A stretch of DNA of 64,000 bases from Nannocystis bainbridge (GTDB lineage Bacteria; Myxococcota_A; Polyangia; Nannocystales; Nannocystaceae). Under the pieces are notes generated by a model. It was not told the DNA's origin. It searched no databases and saw only the letters and a list, made by a program, of their open reading frames with translations. The first letter of the stretch is position 1; the number at the start of each line of letters is the position of its first letter. Positions 52,501 through 60,138 of the stretch are shown here, one piece after another. The position numbers were made by a program, and so were the translations under genes. The DNA lies in NCBI RefSeq assembly GCF_028368995.1, contig NZ_JAQNDL010000001.1, positions 2,272,001 to 2,336,000 of the forward strand, written 5' to 3'.

Positions 52501-52537
52501 CCGGGTCGAGGAGGGCCGGGTCGAGGATCGAGTTCAC
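49520..52537 (-). CDS. DUF5682 / YehM-like large protein
   Basis: GTG 52537; FPVKHHSP, IYMEG, FSAEYQA, RERYM, VCGAIH; operonic with MoxR AAA and VWA genes. Confidence 0.8.
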   Translation of the reverse strand: MNSILDPALLDPALQALRTQLEAAATAFAGDSAHLGALLRAMIEDVQRATAEPVEVFPVKHHSPSSALHMLRRLRARAPKVIYMEGCEDLNGSLAGLHHCRFPVALQAFAPEAPAFPADWTPLNVVLPLTEFSAEYQAIAYCLQNPGTKLVFVDRSVDHVFQWMPKGGPPPGEDSDEADDGGEAPEPAESSGEGEGEATGNTGNLHGGAVGLQIGDMQPTFGDFLDVLLRNAKVRHYSEWWTQYVEGPTLACDYGTYRQVFFLVGSLLRRIGITEKDRVADCERERYMWTRIREHMKAHKIDPREAMYVCGAIHAVSPIAEFGSRGAGWTVPAKTPTQWFYGVVPSSYAAIERQFTLPAGEISIAQSMWDKGLQALELKPFKIEAEKKAEAEGKPAVRKKAAAPSAASAPVEVVPAAVSGAGLREFLTRPPTFVTADDEQLMRWCIEIVRLARKHGYVASTADTIAILHTATLLARLRDRPHPSPYDFQDAAVTCLEKDRVPGRRDVRRLCQILLGGDRLGRVGYESLPPLAQDVYDRLAVLGVNLKSSRIERALLDIQGRPELLPASDLLWRLRYLGAGVRPIMGERTLGHKPKQESWDIEIGKHQGSLIQLGYEGLTIEQVLEKRLKAKAFESTSRAAKALEATEDSVLYLRSGRLTRELGLRATDLLRAELGGNDAPEIFQRVRGLVHYYRTLGMPDWIKDFVSTGYRHYATLLPAAFVDRGTAPRQLAAMLAFIFTQEALAFSMGCERSQLLIAVAQAEPEDPPKIALRWAAQWILGQRSEDEIRADFSHLLHSPMLLPAFPEYMAGFLLALEFTPRISRLAVEFLSRAFAALPDEVLVPWLPKLVVTLRPLGAGVMQTLVKEAGLAFPRELNKLPAWEFSWDRSTPVAAPPVPKARREAKPAAKASGAPAVERSPAELAVATLLRAEPATLDALAGLLGVAGSWAPLAGATEATEAASEASEAAGEVTEPASVAETPLAQLLAAHPEALQALAARLQALA

Positions 52538-52548
52538 AGCCGCACCGC

Positions 52549-53778
52549 CTACTTGAACGACGACAGCGCCTGCTTGCCGCCGGCCACGAACGCCTCCCAC
52601 TCGGGCGACTTCTCGCCCTTCGGAGCCGCCGCCGGGGTCGCTTCTTCGCCCTTCTTGCGCTTCTTCGGGCCCTCGCCCTCGGCCGCGGTCGCGTGCCAGA
52701 ACTTGTTGAGGATCGACACGTCCTCGGGCACGCGGCGGACCAGCGAGCCGACCAGCGAGCGGGCCAGCGTCCCCGGCTGCAGCGCCTTGTCGCCGAAGAA
52801 GTTGCTGTGCAGCAGCGCGTCCTCGAGCACCCCGATCTGCTCGGCCGTCGACAGCGCCGACTCGAGCCGCTGGTCCTCCGCCGTGGTGTTGGCGGTCGCC
52901 TCGCGCAGGTCGGCGAACGTCTGCAGCAGGATGTCGAGCATCGTCGGCGGCACGTCGACCGTGATCGTGTGGCGCGCCATCAGCTCGCGCGTCCGGAACA
53001 GCACGATCTCCTTCTCCGACTTCTTGTTGGTGACGATCGGGATCGTCACGAAGTTGAAGCGCCGCTTGAGCGCCGTCGACAGCTCGTTGACCCCGCGGTC
53101 GCGGCTGTTGGCGGTGGCGATCATGTTGAAGCCCGGCTTGGCGTAGACCACGCCCTCGTCGCCGCGCAGCTCGGGGATCGTGATGTACTTCTCCGACAGG
53201 ATCGAGATCAGCGCGTCCTGCACGTCGGAGCCGCAGCGGGTCAGCTCCTCGAACCGGCCCATCTCACCGAGCTGCATCGCAGTCATGATCGGCGACGGGA
53301 TCATCGACTCGCGCGACTGACCGCTGGCGATCACCATCGCCACGTTCCACGAGTACTTGATGTGGTCCTCGGTGGTGCCCGCCGTGCCCTGGACCACGTG
53401 CGTCGAGTTGCCCGACGTCGCCGCCGCCAGCAGCTCGGCCAGCCAGCTCTTGCCGGTGCCCGGGTCGCCGATCAGCAACAGGCCGCGGTCCGACGCCAGC
53501 GTCACGATCGCCCGCTCGACCAGCGACGCGTCGCCGAAGAACTTCTGCGCGATCGGCCGGTCGAAGCTGTCCCCGGGGCCAGCCCCGAGGATGAACGTGC
53601 GGATCATCCGGGGCGACAGGCGCCACGCGAACGGCCGCGGGTCCTTGTCGACGCTCGCCAGGTACGTCAGCTCGGCCGCGTACTTCTCCTCGGCCGGCAG
53701 GCGCAGCTTGGTCTCGCTGGTGGCCGGCGCGGGCGCGGGCGCGGAATCCGTCGGGGGGGTAGCAATCTTCTTCGCCAT
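52549..53778 (-). CDS. MoxR-type AAA+ ATPase (YehL-like)
   Basis: Start MAKKIATP; LRLPAEEKYAAEL, GDPGTGKSWL, FEELTR, ATANSRDRGVNELSTALKRRFNF. Confidence 0.92.
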   Translation of the reverse strand: MAKKIATPPTDSAPAPAPATSETKLRLPAEEKYAAELTYLASVDKDPRPFAWRLSPRMIRTFILGAGPGDSFDRPIAQKFFGDASLVERAIVTLASDRGLLLIGDPGTGKSWLAELLAAATSGNSTHVVQGTAGTTEDHIKYSWNVAMVIASGQSRESMIPSPIMTAMQLGEMGRFEELTRCGSDVQDALISILSEKYITIPELRGDEGVVYAKPGFNMIATANSRDRGVNELSTALKRRFNFVTIPIVTNKKSEKEIVLFRTRELMARHTITVDVPPTMLDILLQTFADLREATANTTAEDQRLESALSTAEQIGVLEDALLHSNFFGDKALQPGTLARSLVGSLVRRVPEDVSILNKFWHATAAEGEGPKKRKKGEEATPAAAPKGEKSPEWEAFVAGGKQALSSFK

Positions 53779-53783
53779 GGCGA

Positions 53784-55202
53784 CTACATCACCTTTTTGA
53801 TCTGCTCGATCAGCTTCTTGGGGCTGCCGCTGAGGATCGGTGCGCCGATCTCCTTGAACTTCGCCGCGTATTCGGGGTTGACCGAGAAGTACCCGGTCGT
53901 GTGCAGCGACCCGACCGGGATCAGGTGGCAGCCCGACTCCTTCCACTGGCGCAGCACCGAGAAGAAGTCGCTCCAGTCGTAGAAGTCGGAGATCACGACC
54001 ACCGCGGTGTTCTGCGGCGAGTCGATGCACGGCGCCGCCAGGTCGAGCGCCAGCCGCATGTCGTTGCCGCCGCCGAGCTTGGTGCGCAGCAGCGTCTCGA
54101 CCGGGTCGTGCACGAACGGCGTCAGGTCGATGACGCGGGTGTCGAACGCGAACAGGTGCACGATCACCTTCGGCAGCGTGGCGAAGATCGACGCCAGAAT
54201 GGTCGTCTGCACCATCGCCGAGGTCATCGAGCCCGACTGGTCGACGATGATGATGAGCCGCGTCGGCAGGCTCTTCTTGCCGGTGCGGCGGTAGAACAGG
54301 CGGTCGACGTACAGCCGGCGCTCGTTCGGATCCCAGTTGGTCAGGTTCTTCCAGATCGTCCGCTTCATGTCGAGGTTGCGGAAGATCCGGCGCGGCGGCA
54401 CCCGGTTGTCGCTGACCCGCGACGTCACCTGGCGCATCTGCAGCTTCAGCACCTTCGACAGCTCGTCGACGTAGCGCGCGATCAGCTTCTTGGCGTTCTG
54501 CAGCGCCGGCCCGCTGAGGTTGCCCTTGTCCCACAGGATCTGCTCGAGCAGCGCCATCGACGGCGTCAGCCGCTCGCTCAGCACCGGGTCCTTGAGGACC
54601 TCGCGCAGGTCCATGCGGTGGATCATGTCGGCCTCGAGCACCGCCAGCCCGGCCTTGAGCTCGTCGTCGCCGATCGGCGGCCGCGTCGCCTCGCCGCCGC
54701 CGCCCGACGGCGGACCCGCGCCGTGCGAGCCGTGCCCGCCGCCGCTCTGCCGCAGCGACCCGGGCGGCAGCCCGAGCGCGCCCTCGAGCCACTCGACGTC
54801 GCGGGCCCACGCCCCGTACTGCTGCGCCGTCACCGTGCCCTGGGTGTTGGGCCCGAACGCGTTGAGCAGCAGCTTTGAGACGACCAGCGCCCGCTGCACC
54901 GTGCCCTTCAGATCGGTCGGGCTCTCGTCCGGTTGCGGCGCCTCACCCTCGGGTGTCGGCGGGGCGAACCCGGGCAGCGGCCGCGAGAACTCCGGCTTGA
55001 GCTTGGGGAACCGGTGCACCAGCACGTCGACCGTCACCTTGGGGTCGAGCAGCTCGGCCGGCAGGTCGGTCGTCTTCGCCAGCTCGCGCGCCAGCGACTC
55101 GAGGTTCGGCGCCGCGTCGCCCTGCTCGAACAGGGCCGACATCAACCGCCAGTAGAGCCCCTGACGGGCCCGCTGCATCAGCTCGGGATCGGCGGCGGTC
55201 AT
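53784..55202 (-). CDS. VWA domain protein (YehP/CoxE-like)
   Basis: MIDAS VDQSGSM, FDTRV, LGGGND, ISDF. Confidence 0.9.
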   Translation of the reverse strand: MTAADPELMQRARQGLYWRLMSALFEQGDAAPNLESLARELAKTTDLPAELLDPKVTVDVLVHRFPKLKPEFSRPLPGFAPPTPEGEAPQPDESPTDLKGTVQRALVVSKLLLNAFGPNTQGTVTAQQYGAWARDVEWLEGALGLPPGSLRQSGGGHGSHGAGPPSGGGGEATRPPIGDDELKAGLAVLEADMIHRMDLREVLKDPVLSERLTPSMALLEQILWDKGNLSGPALQNAKKLIARYVDELSKVLKLQMRQVTSRVSDNRVPPRRIFRNLDMKRTIWKNLTNWDPNERRLYVDRLFYRRTGKKSLPTRLIIIVDQSGSMTSAMVQTTILASIFATLPKVIVHLFAFDTRVIDLTPFVHDPVETLLRTKLGGGNDMRLALDLAAPCIDSPQNTAVVVISDFYDWSDFFSVLRQWKESGCHLIPVGSLHTTGYFSVNPEYAAKFKEIGAPILSGSPKKLIEQIKKVM

Positions 55203-55204
55203 CG

Positions 55205-56593
55205 TCAGCTCTTCTTGCGCAGCAGCTTGCCGGCGCGCTCTTTGAGGGTCGCGAGGTTGCCGCCCTTGGCCTTGCCGCGGGCCGACTGCAGCCCGGTGCC
55301 GATCATCCGCGGCAGCGGCTTGCCCTTGTCGATCATCACCGGCTGCAGCGCCCAGCGCCCGCCGTCGAACCGCAGCAGCGCCACCAGGCCCTTGCTGCCC
55401 GTCAGGTCGGCGAACTGGAGGTCGTCGCTGCTCGGCCAGCGCTCGAACGCGACCGGGAACATCTGCCCGCCGAGCGACAGCTCGCGCGCCTCCTTGCCGG
55501 CGGCCGCGTAGGCGTCACCCGGCAGCCACACCAGCTCCTCGATGACGGCCGGGTGGCGATCCTCGGGCCGCGCGCTCGGCCGCAGCGGCGTCGGCGAGGT
55601 CAGCACCGCGGCTGCCTCTTCGGCCAGCTTCAGCTTGGCCGGCAGCACCTCGGCGCGCGCCTCTTGCCACACCAGGTCGCCGGTCGCGTGCAGCAGCATG
55701 CCGACGATCTTCACGCCCTGCCCGCCCGCGATCGCCTCGAGCAGCTTGCCGCCGACCTCGTTCAGCAGGCCGGCGATGTCGTCGCCCTGCAGCACGTCGA
55801 CCTTGAACGCCGACACCTGCGTCCGCACCACCCGCGCCGGCTTGCCCGGCTCGTGCAGCGCGCCGAAGGCCACCAGCGAGACGACGTGATCGTGCTGCCG
55901 CAGGTCGGTGGCGAACACCCGCAGCTCGCCCTTGACCTCGCGCGTGGCCGCCGGCGCCGGCGGAGCCAGCGACAGCACCATCGCGCGCGCCCACAGATCG
56001 ACCCACCGCAGCCGCGGCACCTCGGGCTTGCCGTGGGCCGGGAACACCGTGAGCAGCTCGTCGAGGAACCCGCTCAGCAGCGCCGCGTGGCGCACCAGCG
56101 CCGGCTCGGCCATGATCGCGTCGAGCGTGGCCTGGAACGGCAACAGCGCCCCGACCTCGAGGTTGGCGAACCCGGCGATCGCCAGCTCCATCAACCACTG
56201 CCGCACGCTCTCGAGCAGCACCGCCGCCCGCGGCGGCGCGGCCTGCCCCGGGGTAGCCGCCAGCGCCTCGAGCTCGGGCCGCGGCCGCGACAGCGCCGCG
56301 CTCGCCTGGGCCACCAGCGCGTCGTGCATCGCCCCGTGCGCGGCCGCCCGCGCCGCCGCGATCACTGCGAAGTGACGGTCGACGAACTCCGAGCGCCCGA
56401 GCCCGGCGATCGCCGCGTCGAGCGGCTCGGCCAGCGGCGTGCCGGCGAAGCTCGCCGCCAGCGAAGCGAGGGTCTGCAGGTTGGCGCTCGAGAGCCGACC
56501 GAACCCGGACTCGAACACCTCGTCGAGGTGCCCGATCAGCTCGGCCGTGTGCACCACGGGCTCGGGGACACTGCGAAGATCGAGGATGGGCAT
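55205..56593 (-). CDS. Conserved hypothetical protein of the SWIM/VWA/AAA cluster
   Basis: Start MPILDLRS overlaps the upstream stop; RQWLMELAIAG, RWVDLWARA, LLRFDGGRWALQP, LKERAGKLLRK. Confidence 0.8.
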   Translation of the reverse strand: MPILDLRSVPEPVVHTAELIGHLDEVFESGFGRLSSANLQTLASLAASFAGTPLAEPLDAAIAGLGRSEFVDRHFAVIAAARAAAHGAMHDALVAQASAALSRPRPELEALAATPGQAAPPRAAVLLESVRQWLMELAIAGFANLEVGALLPFQATLDAIMAEPALVRHAALLSGFLDELLTVFPAHGKPEVPRLRWVDLWARAMVLSLAPPAPAATREVKGELRVFATDLRQHDHVVSLVAFGALHEPGKPARVVRTQVSAFKVDVLQGDDIAGLLNEVGGKLLEAIAGGQGVKIVGMLLHATGDLVWQEARAEVLPAKLKLAEEAAAVLTSPTPLRPSARPEDRHPAVIEELVWLPGDAYAAAGKEARELSLGGQMFPVAFERWPSSDDLQFADLTGSKGLVALLRFDGGRWALQPVMIDKGKPLPRMIGTGLQSARGKAKGGNLATLKERAGKLLRKKS

Positions 56594-57051
56594 CAGCGCA
56601 CGAACCAGACCATGTCGGGCAGCGGCGCGCCGGTCGGGGCGACGCTGACGTACTGCAGATAGGTGAGGAAGCGGCTGAACACCATCCCGGCCTCGACCTT
56701 GTGCGGCCCGCCCTTGATGAAGCGCAGCAGCTCGCCGCCGGTCTTGATCTTGTCGGGCTCGGCCTGCTGCAGCCCGAGGTAGGCGATCACCCGCGCCGGC
56801 CCGTACTGCAGCACGCCCTCGTTGAGCAGCTCGACCAGGTGCTTGCACGGCGAGCCGCGCAAGCCGCCGCACGGCCGGTTGTTGTTGGTGCTGCAATAGA
56901 AGTTGCCGGTCCCGGCCTCGAAGTACGAGACGTACACCCGCTCGTCGTCCGATCCGCTCGAGACCACCCCCTGCAGGCGGCCGGCGTAAAGCTCGACGAA
57001 CGGGACCTTCTGGACCTTGCGCGCACGCGGCAGCACGCGGGGGCGAATCAC
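56593..57051 (-). CDS. Small SWIM-type zinc-finger protein
   Basis: GRLQGVVSSGSD..RVYVS and C-STNNNRP-C-GG..-CKH metal ligands. Start 57051 (GTG) or up to 57114. Confidence 0.8.
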   Translation of the reverse strand: MIRPRVLPRARKVQKVPFVELYAGRLQGVVSSGSDDERVYVSYFEAGTGNFYCSTNNNRPCGGLRGSPCKHLVELLNEGVLQYGPARVIAYLGLQQAEPDKIKTGGELLRFIKGGPHKVEAGMVFSRFLTYLQYVSVAPTGAPLPDMVWFVR

Positions 57052-57378
57052 GGAGCGGGGGGACGCAGCAGACACGCGAGCCGGACCATACAACGATCGC
57101 AGCGAGCGCCGCAACGCCGACGATCGCTCCCCGACTGGCAGTTGCTGACACCGAGCGTCACGACGAGGTCACGCTCCAATCCGCGCCGCACCTGCACCGC
57201 CGGCGCCTCACCTGGCCAAAAGTTCATGCCGGTGGATGCCCCTGATTTAAATAGGCGGAGCTCCAGAGTGTAGCCTACCCTGGAGCCCCTGGGGACCGCG
57301 AGCCTGGGTGCCACCGGCACTTGCGCCCACGGGGTCGGATTTCGAGGCTCACGGCCTTTTCCAGCCCTTAGATTTGAA

Positions 57379-57454
57379 GACCCGCGTCTTGACGTTGGAC
57401 CACCGGCACATACGATTGGCGTGCCAGGCCGGAATCTAACCGGCATCTCGGATC
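57379..57454 (-). other. Permuted tRNA-like module 2
   Basis: GATCCG-AGAT-GCCGG TTAGATT CCGGC-CTGGCAC-GCCAATCGTAT-GTGCCGG-TG-GTC CAACGTCAA GAC-G-CGGGTC. Confidence 0.75.
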
Positions 57455-57556
57455 GGGGTGTGGCTGGGCGTCGAGAGAGCTTCGTCCGACCTGTCTTGAG
57501 ATTGGGAGAGAACTTGAGCTTGATGCCAGCGAACCGCCCTCACCGGCAGGTGAAGG

Positions 57557-57618
57557 TGCGTCTACCGTTTCGCCACCCCGACGCGCGTGCAGATGTCGGG
57601 GGAAGGACTCGAACCTTC
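57557..57618 (-). other. Permuted tRNA-like module 1
   Basis: GAAGG TTCGAGT CCTTC-CCCCGAC-ATCTGCACGCGC-GTCGGGG-TG-GCG AAACGGTAGA CGC-A. Confidence 0.8.
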
Positions 57619-57692
57619 ATGGTTTCGCTCGTGTGGCGTTCAGATTGAACTTCAGCTTGAGCTTGTCTCCCTGACGGGAATTCTTGGGCCTC

Positions 57693-58454
57693 CTACTTCT
57701 TGACCGGGCCCTCGGCCTGGGTGCCCTCGAAGATGAAGTCGAGGATCCGGCGTCCGGCACCGACCTCTGTGGCGTCGATCGTGTTGGCGCGCTCGCGGGC
57801 GAACTTGACCGCCTCGTGGAGCTTGGTGATGCGCTCGAGCAGCGCCTTCTTGCGCGGGCGAGGGATCGCGCCGCTGCGCTTGATCGTGGTCCAGTGACCG
57901 ACGACCACGTCCTCGGTGATGAGCTGCGTCTGCGCCGGGTGGTGCTCGGTCGCGTGGTACAGCACGATCGGCCGCTGCTCCTTGCGGGTCTTCTGCGTCT
58001 GCACCGGGTCGCTCTGGTGCAGCCCGGTGCCGGCGTCGTACGACCAGCGCTCGGCCGGGTCGAGCTCGACCATCTTCTCGATGAAGGTCTGCAGGTCGTG
58101 CAGCTCCTTCTCGAGGAACAGCAGGTAGGTCACCGGCACCTGCGGCAGGAACACCTTGCCGTCGACCACCACGTCGGCCCGCGCCTCGCAGTTCGACCAG
58201 TCCTTGGTGGCGACCGTGTCGAGCAGCGACACCAGCGCCCCGCCGATGTCCTTGATCGCCGCCTCATAGGTCAGCTGCACCACCTGCGAGTCGTCGGGGA
58301 AGGTCTCGCCGTCCTCGCGCCGCGGGGTGAATTTCTTGTGGTGGCCCGTCATCAGCGACGGCTGCTGCGTCGACTTGTGGAGGCTGGTGATGAGCGTGTG
58401 GAGCTCGGTCCGGCGGCCCTTCTCGACCGCGAGGATGGCATTGAGCTTGGGCAT
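57693..58454 (-). CDS. Conserved protein of unknown function (recalled as DUF7873-like), 253 aa
   Basis: GGAGG before ATG 58454; MPKLNAILAVEKG, ATKDWSN..ARADVVVDG, VPVTYLLFLEK, HPAQ, SGAIP, AVKFARERAN. Confidence 0.85.
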   Translation of the reverse strand: MPKLNAILAVEKGRRTELHTLITSLHKSTQQPSLMTGHHKKFTPRREDGETFPDDSQVVQLTYEAAIKDIGGALVSLLDTVATKDWSNCEARADVVVDGKVFLPQVPVTYLLFLEKELHDLQTFIEKMVELDPAERWSYDAGTGLHQSDPVQTQKTRKEQRPIVLYHATEHHPAQTQLITEDVVVGHWTTIKRSGAIPRPRKKALLERITKLHEAVKFARERANTIDATEVGAGRRILDFIFEGTQAEGPVKK

Positions 58455-58551
58455 GGGCCCCTCCGATGGGTGGGCGACGAGGCTATCGGCCGGGCAGCCC
58501 CAGTCAAGGCCGCAGGTTGCGTTCGCCGCCGCGCGCGGAATACTCTCGCGC

Positions 58552-60138
58552 GTGCCCTCCGACCGCGCGCCGACGCTCCGCCTGCTGGCCGCCGCCAGCA
58601 CCGGCGCCCTCCTGGCCGCCTCGTTCCGCCCGCACGGTCTGCCCGCGCTGGCGTGGCTCGCCGTCGCACCACTATGGGTCGCCGCCCGCGGAGCGCCCGA
58701 CTGGCGCGCGGGCCTGCGCCTCGGCCTCGTCGCCGGCCTCGTGACCGGCGCGATCGGCTACCCGTGGATGATCGATCTCTTTCACACCTTCGGCGAGCTC
58801 GATCTGTGGCTGAGCATCCCGCTGTTCGGGGTGTTCGCGGCGTGGACGGCGGCGCCGCTGGCGGCGTGGGCGGCGATGGTGTCCGCATGGACAGGTCCTT
58901 CAAGACATGTCCCATGGGTCATGTCGATGGCCCTGCCCGGGCTGTGGTGGTCGTGGCCGATGGTGTTCCCGTTCACGCTGGCGATGGGCCTGGCGTTCCG
59001 ACCGGCGTGGATCCAGGCGGCCGAGCTCGGCGGAGTGGCGCTGGTCGAGGTGCCGATGCTGGTGTGCGGGGCGCTGCTCGGCGAGGCCTGGCGCGCCCGC
59101 GGAGCCGCGCGGCTGCGCCTGGCCGCGGTCGCGCTGGTCCTGCCGCTCGCCAGCTTCGCGCTCGGCAGCTGGCGAATGGCCGCGCTGGCCGGCGAGACGG
59201 TCCGCACCGTCGCCGTCGGCTTGGTCCAGCCCAACATCCCGCTGCTGTGGTCCGACCGCCCGGCCAAGCTCGAGCGCCTGCGCGAGCCGTCAGCCCGCGC
59301 CGAGGCCGAGGGCGCCGCGCTGGTGGTGTGGCCGGAGAACATGTTCCCGTGGACGCTGAACCGCCCGTTCGAGCGCGACTTCAGCGACGACGACCGGGTG
59401 CTGCGCCGCCACGCGCTGCCGACGGTGTTCGGGGCCGGCACCGCCGCCGACAGCGATCCGTACGGCTACAACTCGGTGATCCACATGGCCGCCGACGGCC
59501 GCGTGCTGGGCCGCTACGACAAGATCTTCCTGGTGCCTCTGGGCGAAGAAATCCCGCTGGTCGACCCGGAGTGGGCCAAGGGCCTGGTGCCGGGCATGGC
59601 CCACAACTTCCGCGGCGAGGGCCCGGGGCGCCTGGTGGTCCAGCCGGGGGCCGCCGGCAGCGAGGCGCCGCCGCTCACGCTCGGCCCGCTGGTCTGCTAC
59701 GAGGACGTGCTGCCCACCTACGCGCGCGCCGTCGCCGGCCAGCCCGGCGGCATCGAGGCGTTCGTCAACCTCACCAACGACACGTGGTTCGGCGCGACGG
59801 CAGAGCCGCGGCAACACCTGGCGCTGTCGCAGTTCCGCGCGGTCGAGCACCGGATCCCGCTGCTGCGCGCGGTCAACTCGGGCCCGAGCTCGCTGGTCGA
59901 CCGCACCGGCCAGGTGGTCGCCTCGACCGACGTGCGCGCCGTCAGCGTCGACGCGCCGGTGCCACCCGAGCACCTGGTGGTCCAGCTCGAGCTCGGCCGC
60001 GACACCGCCTCGGCGCCGACGATCTACGCGCGCTTCGGCTGGCTGTTCGGACATGTCTGCCAGGCCAGCGTTGTGGTCGTCCTGGCGCTACTGTGGCGCC
60101 GCCGCAAGCTCAGCGCCACGGCGCGCCCTCGGACGTGA
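58552..60138 (+). CDS. lnt: Apolipoprotein N-acyltransferase
   Basis: N-terminal TM helices; VQPNI, VVWPE, YDKIFLVPLGE, LVCYE, NLTNDTWFG, RAVE, RAVNSG. Confidence 0.93.
   Translation: MPSDRAPTLRLLAAASTGALLAASFRPHGLPALAWLAVAPLWVAARGAPDWRAGLRLGLVAGLVTGAIGYPWMIDLFHTFGELDLWLSIPLFGVFAAWTAAPLAAWAAMVSAWTGPSRHVPWVMSMALPGLWWSWPMVFPFTLAMGLAFRPAWIQAAELGGVALVEVPMLVCGALLGEAWRARGAARLRLAAVALVLPLASFALGSWRMAALAGETVRTVAVGLVQPNIPLLWSDRPAKLERLREPSARAEAEGAALVVWPENMFPWTLNRPFERDFSDDDRVLRRHALPTVFGAGTAADSDPYGYNSVIHMAADGRVLGRYDKIFLVPLGEEIPLVDPEWAKGLVPGMAHNFRGEGPGRLVVQPGAAGSEAPPLTLGPLVCYEDVLPTYARAVAGQPGGIEAFVNLTNDTWFGATAEPRQHLALSQFRAVEHRIPLLRAVNSGPSSLVDRTGQVVASTDVRAVSVDAPVPPEHLVVQLELGRDTASAPTIYARFGWLFGHVCQASVVVVLALLWRRRKLSATARPRT

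Larger units (their letters stand above)
57240..57690 (-). ncRNA. Putative large structured ncRNA with two circularly permuted tRNA-like modules
   Basis: Each module runs T-arm, 7-bp acceptor stem closed by a loop, then D-arm (57618-57558 and 57444-57386). Also nested long-range stems, two 5 x 6-nt tracts and a 3' hairpin at 57289-57257. No credible ORF; ends are approximate. Confidence 0.72.

Noticed and set aside
57379-57618. Canonical tRNA genes or prophage att-site tRNA fragments
   Set aside because: The halves are in permuted order with no anticodon loop, each 3' half pairs with a downstream 5' half, and no integrase is nearby.
57048-57648. ORFs 57048..57446 (-) and 57421..57648 (+)
   Set aside because: No protein-like features; the region is better explained by RNA structure.
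57240-57690. tmRNA, RNase P RNA, SRP RNA or 6S RNA
   Set aside because: No G3-U70 alanine acceptor or tag reading frame recognised, real D-stems are present, and I saw no RNase P or SRP consensus motifs. An Rfam search is still needed.
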